Positions 21,666-32,361 of a stretch of 64,000 nt of DNA are shown piece after piece. Each line of letters begins with the position of its first letter. The stretch's first letter is position 1. This DNA is from Nitrospirota bacterium (lineage in GTDB: Bacteria; Nitrospirota; UBA9217): the NCBI GenBank assembly GCA_963796285.1, contig CAWCKW010000006.1:64001-128000 (forward strand), written 5' to 3'. A program made the translations under genes and the position numbers. The notes under the pieces are model-generated. The model was given only the letters and a program-made list of their open reading frames with translations. It made no database searches and had not been told where the DNA came from.

Positions 21666-22205
21666 TTACATTTTGATCCGTGACAACTTTATCGACATCT
21701 CGGATTTTTTCACCCCCTGGTCATAGAGCGTCCAGGTATTCGTGATGTTGTCCTTCCCCTCAAGGGCGATCCGGAGCCCGTGCATGTGCATTTCGGTCAG
21801 AGAAGCAAGTCCGGGATTCTTTTCGGACAGGACGAAGACCAATTCGCTGCCGCCCGAACCCATGAGCTCCATGTGCGGCTGGTTGCCGAGAGAGCAGTAA
21901 TGGGTCATGGTCAGTTTTCCGCCGAAGTCGTGATAGACCGTGACCATCTCGTGGGGTTTGCCCGCTGCAAACCGCTCCACGATGGCGTTACCTGCCGAGG
22001 TCAGTTCATAGATGACCCTGAGCGTCTCCATGCCCTTGCCCATGTCAACGTTACCTTCCCAGACGCCCACTAATTGCTTCATTTTTTCAAAATCCTTCGT
22101 GTGGGTTACCGGCGTGCTCATCTGGTGTTCATCGGAATAGGCGTTGCAGGAACTGAATGCCGATCCCAGAAGGAGAATCATCGCAACGTACATAACCTTT
22201 TTCAT
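21666..22205 (-). CDS. Secreted hypothetical beta-barrel-like protein
   Basis: GGAGG RBS, signal peptide MKKVMYVAMILLL, LVGVWEG and MTHYCSLGNQPHM motifs. Confidence 0.65.
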   Translation of the reverse strand: MKKVMYVAMILLLGSAFSSCNAYSDEHQMSTPVTHTKDFEKMKQLVGVWEGNVDMGKGMETLRVIYELTSAGNAIVERFAAGKPHEMVTVYHDFGGKLTMTHYCSLGNQPHMELMGSGGSELVFVLSEKNPGLASLTEMHMHGLRIALEGKDNITNTWTLYDQGVKKSEMSIKLSRIKM

Positions 22206-22326
22206 AGTTCCACCTCCAGTAAAGTAATGTGTCATAGTCATCTTCACATAATGTTTATGGTTTAGTTTAACACATTTTAACTCGTTCGGTCTTCATTGGA
22301 CGCGTGGCCGGCCAATGCTGCTGCGG

Positions 22327-23193
22327 TCAACCCAATTTGCCCTGTATGGCCAGCCGGTCAAGACCCTGCCCGATGACCACCGCCCGGCTGTTCTGCGCGG
22401 CCTTCTCATGGCGTACACTGTTCACCCTGCCGAAGACGAGATCGAACCGATAGGTGCCCTGCTCCGTTGCGACGATGGCCTTTGCCCGCGCCACGGTTCC
22501 GTACTCGCCCCTTGCCAGATCGTCAAAGAACCTCTGAACCAATGCAAGCTCCATCCGCTCCGCGAGTCTGAAGGACTGTGTCTCGAAGTGAAGGTGGCAA
22601 TTGCCAGAATGGATATCGCGATGCAGGGGCGCTTCCGGCAGCGGGATGTCGACCGCGGCGTTCACGGAACGGAGAACGACGGCCAGGGGATTGATGGAGC
22701 TGATCAGCTGTTCTGCGGCAACGATCATGGGCTCGTCTGCGAGGTCGGTCTTATTCACCAGGATGACATCGGAGTTCACGACCTGGTCCTGGAAGAAGCA
22801 TCCGTACATACCGGACTCATAAAGTTCGGTGAACTCAGTCGCGTCGACTATCCCGATGACCGAGGCAGAGCCGGCCCCCGCGCTCTCGAGCGCTTCCAGC
22901 ACTCCGGACGGAGATGCCACGCCGCTCGGCTCGATCAGCAAGTGTTCGGGGGCGAACTGTTTCACAATGCGCTGGATGGTCTGGATGAGCTCGAACTTGA
23001 GCGTGCAGCAGACGCACCCGCTCGGAAGCTCCACTGAATCGATGCCTCCTGCGGACAATATCTCACCGTCGATCCCGACAGCGCCGAAGTCGTTCACCAG
23101 CACAACAGTCCTCTCATTTCCCTGTTTCACAAAGCTTCGAATGAACGTTGTTTTGCCAGATCCCAATAATCCGCATACGATCGTCGTTTTCAT
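22327..23193 (-). CDS. COG0523 (CobW/P47K) G3E metallochaperone GTPase
   Basis: GLLGSGKTT, VNDFG, GCVCC, IEPSG, NKTD, RAKA in the C-terminal domain. Confidence 0.9.
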   Translation of the reverse strand: MKTTIVCGLLGSGKTTFIRSFVKQGNERTVVLVNDFGAVGIDGEILSAGGIDSVELPSGCVCCTLKFELIQTIQRIVKQFAPEHLLIEPSGVASPSGVLEALESAGAGSASVIGIVDATEFTELYESGMYGCFFQDQVVNSDVILVNKTDLADEPMIVAAEQLISSINPLAVVLRSVNAAVDIPLPEAPLHRDIHSGNCHLHFETQSFRLAERMELALVQRFFDDLARGEYGTVARAKAIVATEQGTYRFDLVFGRVNSVRHEKAAQNSRAVVIGQGLDRLAIQGKLG

Positions 23194-23973
23194 GCCGAAA
23201 CCTTCACCATCCTAACAGCTGCTGTTGTTACGCAAAGCCGCACCGTACGCAAAGAGGATCAGCTTGCTGAACGGGCTCGTGAACCTGTGCGCAGCAAGAA
23301 GCGCGGTATCGGGCCATGATAAGCACCCCTCCCCATGATGGGAGGGGACCAAGGGGCAATGCGTCATTCGATGCTTGTGCGCTTCATCCGCGCCTACCTC
23401 CACCATCGCGGGGGAGGGACCTGAGCCCTGACCCTCTAGCAGAGCTATTGTTTCGTGTTTTGGGTTATAGCGTTTTTACTCTGAGAATTCCGTGTTCTGG
23501 CAAAATGTTCATTAGGTTCATCAAAACGACTCACCTCATACCCATTCATTGCAATGGAAGTGCCATAAGAAAAGATGAGCATGTTCGTCAAGGCGCTATG
23601 CATTCAAACAAGCTCCATTACTACACGCCACTAATCAACAAGCATCACAGATATCCGATGTCATACAAAATGAGTATGAGGAATCAAAAACAACGTGAGG
23701 CAAAATTCCCCGGCTCGTGGGGTATTCTTCATCTATTGTACAGATAGTGATAATCTAAAACCATAAATTGAGCCGCGTAATGCCCTGGTATGCGGCCCGC
23801 TCCTGCTCTTCAAAGCGCAAGGATTCGCTGACTCGCAGCATTTAAGAATTAATGAATATCACGGTCTTTCCAATGATCTTCGACTCTTCTTCACGACCTC
23901 TCGCACACTTTTATCCGCCTCGCTTCCCCGGCTTGGCCTGGATCGCAGGCCCGTTAAAAATGTCACCGCCTGA

Positions 23974-23990
23974 TTGGCATCGCATATGCA
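23974..23990 (+). promoter_or_regulatory. Sigma54 (-24/-12) promoter of the methyltransferase cluster
   Basis: TTGGCATCGCATATGCA: GG-N10-GC spacing, 14 nt before the first ATG. Confidence 0.7.
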
Positions 23991-24004
23991 CCATACACCC
24001 TGTC

Positions 24005-24334
24005 ATGAAGAACATCATTCTCTGCTCGTCTAATCCCATTTTGATAAAAAGCCTCTACAGCATGCTGCGGGAGGATGGGTACAATGTGGAGACCATCGAA
24101 CACCCGGCCCATGCGGTCCAGATGGTCATGCGCAGGCACTATCACTTCGTTATCGTTGATTCAGAGCCATTCGGCCTTTCCGCGGGAGACGCGGCGAAGA
24201 TCATCAAGGCCGTCGCGCCCCTGATGCCGGTCCTGTTCGTCGGTGATGACCGCATAGATCCACAGGTGCAGTCCGTAAAGACCCCGATCGACCTCGAAGC
24301 ATTCAAGCGAACGATCCACAGCATCGCGGTTTGA
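24005..24334 (+). CDS. Stand-alone atypical receiver-domain protein
   Basis: CheY-like pattern (IILCSSN, GYNVET, VIVDS, KTPID); acidic pocket DD replaced by SS. Confidence 0.65.
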   Translation: MKNIILCSSNPILIKSLYSMLREDGYNVETIEHPAHAVQMVMRRHYHFVIVDSEPFGLSAGDAAKIIKAVAPLMPVLFVGDDRIDPQVQSVKTPIDLEAFKRTIHSIAV

Positions 24335-24368
24335 CTGTCCGACCCCAAAGGATACGAAAGGAGATGTG

Positions 24369-25397
24369 ATGAAACCAAAGGACGTTATACTCAAGGCATT
24401 CGAGGGAGGCAAGGCCGACCGGCTCCCGGTGACTCTTTTCGGCGCAGGCATGTGGAGCATCAAGCGGCACGGAACGTCGTTCGAGGCCCTGTCGCGGGAC
24501 GCGAACAAGATGACCGACATGCTTGTCGCCATGAGCGAGACGCTTAAGTGCGACATGGTTTACGCGGGCTCGGGCTACAATAACTTCCATGCGTCGGCCC
24601 TGGGCGGGAAGATCAAGTTCCGCGAGATGGGCGCACCGGACCTGGAGAACCACTTTGTCTCATCCGAGGAGGACCTCGCGAAGCTCATGCTCAGCGACCT
24701 CGACAAGGACGAGGTGATCACGACCGTCATTAAATCCCTGCGCCAGACCAAGGCAAAGATCGGCAATAATTACGTCGTCACCATGACGGCCTGGGGCCCC
24801 TTCACCCTCGGCGCGCGGCTTGTGGGCGAGGAAACGATGATGAAGGCCACGTTCAAAAAACCCGCTTTCGTCGAGAAGGTCGTTGATTTCGCCACCGATA
24901 TCCTGATCCATCTCTACGAGCCCATTGTCGCTGACAAGACCCTTGAGGTCATCAGTCTCGCGGACCCCACTGCGTCGGGCGATCTCATTTCCAGGAAACA
25001 GTTCGAGAAGTTCGCATTGCCGTACCTCAAAAAGTTCACTGACTGGGCCAAGTCAAAGAGCGTCCATACGCTGGTCCACATCTGCGGAAACACCACGGAC
25101 CGGCTGGACCTGTTCCCACAGACCGGCGCGAGCTGCATCAGCCTGGACCACAAAACGGACATCACCAAGGCCAAAGAGGCGCTGCACGGTAAAATGTGCT
25201 TCGCCGGGAACGTGGACCCCGTAAAGATCATGCTGAACGGCACGGTCCAGGACGTGGAGAATGCCTGCAAGGACATCATCACGGCCGCCGGTACCGACGG
25301 CGGGTTCGTGCTCATGCCGGGGTGCGACATTCCGCCTACCGTGCCCTACGACAACATCAAAAAGTTCATCCAGGTAGCACATGAGTGGAAAATGTAA
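24369..25397 (+). CDS. MtaA/CmuA-family (UroD-fold) methylcobamide:thiol methyltransferase 1
   Basis: GPFTL, ADPTASGDLIS, Zn ligands HICG and PGCD, GNVDP. Confidence 0.82.
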   Translation: MKPKDVILKAFEGGKADRLPVTLFGAGMWSIKRHGTSFEALSRDANKMTDMLVAMSETLKCDMVYAGSGYNNFHASALGGKIKFREMGAPDLENHFVSSEEDLAKLMLSDLDKDEVITTVIKSLRQTKAKIGNNYVVTMTAWGPFTLGARLVGEETMMKATFKKPAFVEKVVDFATDILIHLYEPIVADKTLEVISLADPTASGDLISRKQFEKFALPYLKKFTDWAKSKSVHTLVHICGNTTDRLDLFPQTGASCISLDHKTDITKAKEALHGKMCFAGNVDPVKIMLNGTVQDVENACKDIITAAGTDGGFVLMPGCDIPPTVPYDNIKKFIQVAHEWKM

Positions 25398-25472
25398 CCG
25401 CACGCGGCTGCCGCTGTCAATATTCCTGAAAAGGAGGTGAACCGGTTCATCGTATGAAAGGAAGTTAACGTC

Positions 25473-25991
25473 ATGGGTATTTTGGACGAGTTGAAGAAAC
25501 TGTTTTCCGGAGCACAACGTGCATCCGGGCAAAAGGAGGAAGCAAAAATGGCTGACAAGAAAATGACGTTGGAAGAATGTAACGATTACATGAAGAAGCA
25601 GTGCGGGTTCGTACCGCGCATGTTCCAGGTCATCAACACGGTGACGCCAGAACCAGGAAGGACCTTCGCTGATTTCTACGCGAGCATTTTCGCCGACGGC
25701 GCGCTTTCCCGCAAGGTGAAGGAGCTCATGTTCATGTCGGGCGGCGTGGCCTACTGCTCCCCGCGGTGCATCATCCACGTGATCCCGGCGATCAATGCCG
25801 GCGCAACCACGATGGAGATCTTCGAAGCAGCATCGGTCGGCATGATCCTCGGCGGCTTTGTGCCGGGCGGTCCCGGCATCCCCTATGCGTTCGAGTATGC
25901 ATTAAAGTGCCTCGACATCGAAGCAAAGTTCCGCAAAGGCGAGAAATGGGAGTATCTCCCGCAGCCAAAGTTCGATCACGGTGTATTCTGA
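25473..25991 (+). CDS. Carboxymuconolactone decarboxylase/AhpD-like protein (alternative start 25548)
   Basis: GFVPRMF, DGALSRKVKEL, YCSPRCIIH, AGATTMEIFEA. Confidence 0.75.
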   Translation: MGILDELKKLFSGAQRASGQKEEAKMADKKMTLEECNDYMKKQCGFVPRMFQVINTVTPEPGRTFADFYASIFADGALSRKVKELMFMSGGVAYCSPRCIIHVIPAINAGATTMEIFEAASVGMILGGFVPGGPGIPYAFEYALKCLDIEAKFRKGEKWEYLPQPKFDHGVF

Positions 25992-26002
25992 CAGAGCTCG
26001 AT

Positions 26003-26034
26003 GGGGGAGCATTTCGAAGGCTCCCCCGCCTTTT
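26003..26034 (+). terminator. Intra-operon hairpin/terminator-like element
   Basis: GGGGGAGC-ATTTCGAAG-GCTCCCCC then GCCTTTT. Confidence 0.5.
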
Positions 26035-26076
26035 GGACTCATACAGTCATTCATAAAACGGATAAGAAACAAAATG

Positions 26077-26158
26077 TTACCGCAGAGAACGCAGCGTTCG
26101 CCGAGAAATCATTGAATAAATAATCAGGCAGGCTCTTCTCCGCGACCGCTGCGGTGAA
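26077..26158. repeat. Degenerate staggered dyad repeat (CGCAGAGAA-type 9-mers)
   Basis: TTACCGCAGAGAACGCAGCGTTCGCCGAGAA ... TTCTCCGCGACCGCTGCGGTGAA. Confidence 0.6.
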
Positions 26159-26205
26159 AAAGAACTCAAGATGCATCATGCTCAATAGCAGGTAAAAGGG
26201 GAACA

Positions 26206-27156
26206 ATGATGTTTCGATTTAACCGTGAACAGAAAGTCTTCAGCCTCGGCGGTATGAAGGTCGGCGGACAGCCCGGGGAAAACCCGCCGCTCCTGATCGC
26301 GTCGATGTTCCACAACAAGGACCGCATCGCCGCGGACCGCAAAGGCAATTTCGACCGGGCCAAGGCGGTGGAGCTGATCAGGACGCAGGAGGCTCTGTCG
26401 GCCTCCACGGGCATCCCGTCCATGGTGGCCATGGTCGCGAACTCTGCTGAAGAGGCAAAGATCTACATCGACTTTTTCCGCGAGACGACGAAGATGTCGT
26501 TCGGCATCGATATGTGGGTCGCTGAAAAACGCGCAGAGGCCACCGAATATGTCGCCAAACTGGGGCTGCAGGACAAGTTCCTGTACAACAGCATCACGCC
26601 CTGGGACAAGGACATCAAGGGTCAGGTCCAAAAGCTCAAGGACCTCGGGATCAAGCATGTCGTTGTCCAGGCCTTTGACGACGCGGACCAGTCCCCGCGC
26701 GGCAGGCTGAACTCCCTGGAAAAGCTGCTCGACCAGGGCGCCGGGGATTTTGAGACAGTTATCGTGGATACCTCGGTCATGAACCTGCCCGCCACGTCGT
26801 TCTCGCTCGTCGCCAACCGGCTGATCAAGGAAAAACTCGGCCTTCCCTGCGGCGGCGCCTATTCGAACGGCACCCATATGTGGAAGGATGCGAAGACCAT
26901 CTGGAGCCTGGACGGGTTCAAGGCCATGGACGCTGTGGTGCAGGGAATGTCCTCGGCGCTCTGGAGTGACTTTAACTTCTATGGTCCCATCGTCACGGCG
27001 CCGCGCATCTTCCCGGCTGTTGCGGCAGCGCAGATCCTGCTCTCGACCCTGGTGTATGATGAAACACAAACGATGTCGGACAACAAGAACATCCCGATCA
27101 AGAAGTACTTCTCGGATTTTCTGGGAAAACTGACTGCAGGGGCAGCAAGGCGCTGA
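26206..27156 (+). CDS. MtrH-like pterin (THF/H4MPT)-dependent corrinoid methyltransferase (MtgA/CmuB type)
   Basis: MFRFNREQKVF...KVGGQPGENPPLLIASMF, LYNSI, GLPCGGAYSN, FYGPI; typical MtrH N-terminus. Confidence 0.85.
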   Translation: MMFRFNREQKVFSLGGMKVGGQPGENPPLLIASMFHNKDRIAADRKGNFDRAKAVELIRTQEALSASTGIPSMVAMVANSAEEAKIYIDFFRETTKMSFGIDMWVAEKRAEATEYVAKLGLQDKFLYNSITPWDKDIKGQVQKLKDLGIKHVVVQAFDDADQSPRGRLNSLEKLLDQGAGDFETVIVDTSVMNLPATSFSLVANRLIKEKLGLPCGGAYSNGTHMWKDAKTIWSLDGFKAMDAVVQGMSSALWSDFNFYGPIVTAPRIFPAVAAAQILLSTLVYDETQTMSDNKNIPIKKYFSDFLGKLTAGAARR

Positions 27157-27235
27157 TGCGCCAATTGGAGAGTAGATTTTCAATTTAAAATTTCCAATCT
27201 CCAATTTTCAATAATTATTTTGCTAAGGAGGATGC

Positions 27236-28267
27236 ATGACCACCATGAATGCAAGGGAACGGATCCTGAAGCTCTTTGCCGGTGAAGAGGTTGACCGGCC
27301 GCCCTGCTTCAGTGGTTTCGGCAACGTGACCACCGAAGGGCTGAAATCGCTGAATCAGAAGTTCGCGTCATCGCATCTCGACGCTAAAATGATGGCCGAT
27401 GCCGCGGCATCGACCAATAAACTGTTCGGGTTCGAATGCGGGGTAGTGCCCTTCGACCTCTGCATCGAGGCTGAGGCCATCGGGTGCGAGATCAATGTCT
27501 ATGCCCACTCCGAAGACCTGCTCTACCCCACGATCAAGAAAAAGCTGATCCACAATGAGGCCGAGCTGGACATCGTCATCCCCACCGGTCTGACCGGTCG
27601 CGGCCGGGTGCCGCTCATGATCGAAGCGATCAAGCTGCTCAAGAAGGACATCGGGGCCGAGGCGGCCATCGGGACCTATGTGCTCGGCCCCTTCACCCTG
27701 GCGGGCCAGATCATGGAGCTGAACGATCTCCTGAAGCTCTCGTTCAAGAAGCCGGACAAGATCGGCAAGCTGCTGGACCAGATGGCGGACACGATCATCG
27801 AGGTGGCCAGGGTGTATGAAAAGGCCGGCGCCGACTACATCACGGTGCGCGAGATGGGCGCTACGTCCGACGTGCTCTCACCGCGGGTGTTCAAGAGCCT
27901 GATCCTGCCGTATTTGAAAAAGATCTTCGCCCAGCTGAGCGTGCCAAGCGTGCTCCATATCTGCGGCAAGACGAACGACATTGTCCCGTTCATGGCCGAG
28001 AGCGGCGCACGGGCGATCAGCGTCGACCAGAAGAACGACGTTGCCGAGACCCGCAAGAAGCTCGGCCCCGCCGCGCTCATCTTCGGCAACTACGATCCCT
28101 ACAACGTGCTGGTGGCGGGCTCAACAGATCTGGTGCGACAGACCATCAAAAAATGCATGGACGACGGCGTGAGCGCGGTCTGGCCGGGTTGCGACATCTG
28201 GCCCACGGTGCCGCCGGACAATGTCAGGGCCATGATGGATGAAGTCAGAACATACAGGAGGTCATAA
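27236..28267 (+). CDS. MtaA/CmuA-family methylcobamide:thiol methyltransferase 2
   Basis: VPFDLCIEAEAIG, GPFTLA, HICG, GNYDP, WPGCDI. Confidence 0.85.
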   Translation: MTTMNARERILKLFAGEEVDRPPCFSGFGNVTTEGLKSLNQKFASSHLDAKMMADAAASTNKLFGFECGVVPFDLCIEAEAIGCEINVYAHSEDLLYPTIKKKLIHNEAELDIVIPTGLTGRGRVPLMIEAIKLLKKDIGAEAAIGTYVLGPFTLAGQIMELNDLLKLSFKKPDKIGKLLDQMADTIIEVARVYEKAGADYITVREMGATSDVLSPRVFKSLILPYLKKIFAQLSVPSVLHICGKTNDIVPFMAESGARAISVDQKNDVAETRKKLGPAALIFGNYDPYNVLVAGSTDLVRQTIKKCMDDGVSAVWPGCDIWPTVPPDNVRAMMDEVRTYRRS

Positions 28268-28268
28268 C

Positions 28269-28957
<689 letters not shown>

Positions 28958-28961
<4 letters not shown>

Positions 28962-29644
28962 AGACCTCGCTCAGGAGAGAGTTGCTGGACCATGGCGCCA
29001 CGGTCGTGGGAATCGCAGACCTTCGCGGGTACCTGAGCGGGGAGATCGCCCATCTGGACCGCGCAGTGTCGATCGGCGTGGACCGGAGGCTGAATGAAGA
29101 CACGCTCAGCCTGCTCGTGAAGCTCCAGAAGCGGGCAGTGCGGTTCCTGAAAACCCGGGGACACCGGACACTGGCCATCCCGCCGGACTCGGACCGGAAA
29201 AATGGCACGTTCATCTCAACGCTGTATTCCCTGTTCAACCACAAGATGGCGGCCACGTCTGCGGGTCTGGGGTGGATCGGCAAGAATGGACTTCTCATCA
29301 ACCCCGACTACGGGCCGCGTTTGTCTCTTGCCACGGTTCTGACGGACGCCCGGCTCAGCCCGGACGTGCCCATCGAGCGTTGCCTCTGTGGAGAGTGCCT
29401 TCTCTGCATAGAGCACTGCCCCTCAAAGGCTATAACCGGATCGGAGTGGTCACGGTCGTCGCCCTTCGTTGAACTGGTGAAGCTCAATGCCTGCAGGAGT
29501 CATAAGGCGGCGAAGAGGGCAATGGACAACAAACCAAATTGCGGATTGTGCATCAACATCTGCCCGTATGGGAGGAAAAGCGAAAGAGCATTGGAAGCAA
29601 GTAACCACGGAGTCACGGAGACACGGAGAGAAACACTGAAATGA
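28958..29644 (+). CDS. QueG/reductive-dehalogenase-like 2x[4Fe-4S] protein
   Basis: HKMAATSAGLGWIGKNGLL, YGPR...TVLTD, CGECLLCIEHCP, CGLCINICP; ATGA overlap with the corrinoid gene. Confidence 0.75.
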
Positions 29645-29746
29645 ATAGAGCCAAGGCTGATGATTTGCGATCTACGTTTGGTCGATCCTGTTCCTTGCCC
29701 TGCTTTCAATATCTCGGACTTCTCCGTGCCTCCGTGTCTCCGTGGT
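29604..29746. repeat. Staggered dyad repeat (CACGGAGN 8-mers, 26-bp arms, 2 mismatches)
   Basis: ACCACGGAGTCACGGAGACACGGAGA ... TCTCCGTGCCTCCGTGTCTCCGTGGT; left arm lies inside the 3' end of the upstream CDS. Confidence 0.8.
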
Positions 29747-29786
29747 GGATATAGATCCGAGACTTGAATATGTCGGGAGGAAGTGC

Positions 29787-31763
29787 ATGGTCAAGAAACA
29801 CAAAGTTATATTTCAGCCCTCGGGCAGCCGGGGTGAGGTAGAGGACGGCAAGACCATCCTCGAGGCAGCCCAGTCCCTGGGTGTTGATATTGAGGCGCTC
29901 TGCGGCAACAAGAAGGTCTGCGGCAAGTGCAAGGTGAGGATCGAAGAAGGGTATTTCGAAAAGGACAACATCGAATCGGGCATGGCCCACCTCTCGCCGC
30001 TCACCGAGGCGGAGAAGAAGCACATCAAGCCCGAGGACGGGCCCGGCATCAGGCTGTCCTGCACGGCTGAGATCCACGGCGACATAAAGGTCTTCGTTCC
30101 CGAACGATCGCGCGCGGGCAAACAGGTCGTGCGCAAGGCGGCCAAGGAGCTTACGATCAAGCTCGACCCGGCAGTCAAGAAGTACAACATCGAACTCACA
30201 AAGCCCACCCTGCATGACATGACCACCGGTGACTGGGAGCGCGTGCTCAAATTCCTCGACGACGACTATGGACTAAAGGGTCTCACGTTTGATTACCTCG
30301 TCCTGAAGGACCTTCAGGATACGCTGCGCAAGGGCGAATGGAAAGCCACGGTCACCGTCTGGATGGACAAGGAGATCATCAAGGTCGAGCCCGGGTTCGT
30401 TGAAGCAAGCTACGGTCTGGCCGTGGACATCGGCACCACGACCTGCGTGGGGTACCTCACGGACCTGAGCACGGGCAAGGTCGTGAACACCGAATCCATG
30501 ATGAACCCCCAGGTGCCCTACGGCGAGGACGTGATGTCGCGCATCACCTATGCCATGAGCAATCCCGGCGGCCTCGAGACCATGCAAAAGGCGGTCATCA
30601 TTGGTCTGAACGAGATCATCGAACGGGTGGTATCGGACATCGCGAAGGACGCGCCCCATCCCGGCTTTGTGATCGATGACCTCACCATCGTGTTCAACAC
30701 GGCCATGCACCACATCTTCCTGGGCATGAACCCGGAATACATCGGCAAATCGCCCTTCATCCCGGCGGTCCAGAGCTCGCTCGACATCAAGGCGCGCGAC
30801 CTGGGCCTGAAGATCAACCCGTCAGCCTACATTCACGTGCTGCCGATCGAGGCCGGCTTCGTGGGCGCAGACAACGTGGGCGTCCTGATCGCCGAGGAAC
30901 CCTACAACCAGGACGAAATGGTGCTGATCATCGATATCGGCACGAACGGCGAGCTGCTCCTGGGCAACCGGAACAAGGTCTGCTCCACGTCATGCGCCAC
31001 GGGCCCGGCCTTCGAGGGCGCCCAGATCAAGTTCGGCATGCGTGCTGCTCCTGGCGCGATCGAGACGGTCGAGATCGATCCCGCGACCAAAGAGCCGCGC
31101 TACAAGGTCATCGGCAAGGCCGACTGGCATACCCACATCGCGGAAGTGAAGGCCAAGGGTCTGTGCGGTTCCGGCATCATCGGCGTCGTGGCGGAAATGT
31201 TCAAAGCCGGCATCATCGATAAGAGCGGCAGGTTCGTGATGGACCTCGGCACGACGCGGGTCAGGAAGGACATCGACGGCAAGCCCGAGTACGTGCTCGC
31301 CTGGGCCGCGGAGACCTCCATCGGCCATGACATCACCATCACCCAGGGAGATGTTCGCGCGCTCCAGCTCGCCAAAGGGGCGCTCTACGCCGGCGCAAAA
31401 CTGATGATGAAGCGTCTCAACGTGACCAAGCTCGACCGCGTGATCCTGGCCGGCGCGTTCGGGAGCCACATCGACAAGGTGGCATCGCTCACCCTCGGCA
31501 TGTTCCCGGACTGCCCCATCGACATGGTCTACGCAGTGGGCAACGCGGCCGGCGACGGTTCGCGCATGGCGCTCCTGAACCGGGACAAGCGGCGCGAGGC
31601 GAACGAGCGGGCGCGGTGGGTCGAGTTCGTCGAGATCGCCACGGACCCGGCCTTTGAGAAGGAATTCATGCAGGCGATGCATATCCCGCATATGAAGGAC
31701 AAGTTCCCGAACCTGAAGGAGCTGCTCGCGAAAACGAACAGCCCGGTGGAGATCAAAGGATAA
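29787..31763 (+). CDS. ATP-dependent reductive activator of corrinoid proteins (RACo/ASKHA, N-terminal [2Fe-2S])
   Basis: CGNKKVCGKC...RLSC, AVDIGTTT, YGEDVMSRI, GFVGAD, DIGTNGE, GPAFEG, GLCGSG, LAGAFG, GNAAG. Confidence 0.92.
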   Translation: MVKKHKVIFQPSGSRGEVEDGKTILEAAQSLGVDIEALCGNKKVCGKCKVRIEEGYFEKDNIESGMAHLSPLTEAEKKHIKPEDGPGIRLSCTAEIHGDIKVFVPERSRAGKQVVRKAAKELTIKLDPAVKKYNIELTKPTLHDMTTGDWERVLKFLDDDYGLKGLTFDYLVLKDLQDTLRKGEWKATVTVWMDKEIIKVEPGFVEASYGLAVDIGTTTCVGYLTDLSTGKVVNTESMMNPQVPYGEDVMSRITYAMSNPGGLETMQKAVIIGLNEIIERVVSDIAKDAPHPGFVIDDLTIVFNTAMHHIFLGMNPEYIGKSPFIPAVQSSLDIKARDLGLKINPSAYIHVLPIEAGFVGADNVGVLIAEEPYNQDEMVLIIDIGTNGELLLGNRNKVCSTSCATGPAFEGAQIKFGMRAAPGAIETVEIDPATKEPRYKVIGKADWHTHIAEVKAKGLCGSGIIGVVAEMFKAGIIDKSGRFVMDLGTTRVRKDIDGKPEYVLAWAAETSIGHDITITQGDVRALQLAKGALYAGAKLMMKRLNVTKLDRVILAGAFGSHIDKVASLTLGMFPDCPIDMVYAVGNAAGDGSRMALLNRDKRREANERARWVEFVEIATDPAFEKEFMQAMHIPHMKDKFPNLKELLAKTNSPVEIKG

Positions 31764-31927
31764 ACCTGGCCCAGTCAAGTCGGAATTTAACAAATCGTCT
31801 CTGTATGCCTCCGCGGGAGATTTTCACCCGTTGTGAAAAGAATTTGATTTGCAACTGACTAAAAACGGAAGTTTCCCGTTCAAAGAATATCAGCTGCTGA
31901 ATGAAAGGCGGCCGACCGGAAGAGCCT

Positions 31928-32242
31928 ATGACCACGGTTATCGTCAATGCGGGTGCGTGCGGATATACCGTCACCATCACAGCAAAAAAAAACAAAGACA
32001 ACACGATCGTTGTAGCCCTGGATACGGAGTGTGCCATGGTGAAGAAGATGCTCGAGGACATCGCGGTCCTTGACCGGTTCGCCCCGCTCACCGGGTTCCA
32101 GAACAATCCCGTGTACCTCTCCGCGGCAAAGCGCCTCAAGCATGTGGCCTGTCCTGTGCCATCAGGCATTTTGAAGACGCTCGAGGTCGAAGCGGGCTTG
32201 AATGTTGTGAAGGATGCAACCATCACGTTCGATAAGAAATAG
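31928..32242 (+). CDS. Conserved small Cys-containing protein (DUF6951-like)
   Basis: VNAGACG, TEC, HVACPVPSGILK...EAGL. Confidence 0.65.
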   Translation: MTTVIVNAGACGYTVTITAKKNKDNTIVVALDTECAMVKKMLEDIAVLDRFAPLTGFQNNPVYLSAAKRLKHVACPVPSGILKTLEVEAGLNVVKDATITFDKK

Positions 32243-32361
32243 ACCTTCTCCAGCTAGTGAAGTTGGGTATTGACCAAAAACCCTTTTATGGTCTGAACAG
32301 TACGTCAACGGATCGGTTATTTGCCCGATATGGTACAATAGGACAAGAACAAAGGGCGACC

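Noticed and set aside
23212-23406. 64-aa ORF upstream of the COG0523 gene
   Set aside because: It overlaps REP-like GC hairpins (about 23326-23435), has no RBS or motif, and is probably non-coding.
23200-23960. Cobalamin riboswitch upstream of the COG0523 gene or the corrinoid operon
   Set aside because: I could not find the conserved B12-box elements on either strand by eye; a covariance search (cmscan against Rfam) would be needed.
24369-28267. Annotation of the two UroD-fold genes as hemE
   Set aside because: The HxC...C zinc motif and corrinoid/RACo neighbours indicate methyltransferases.
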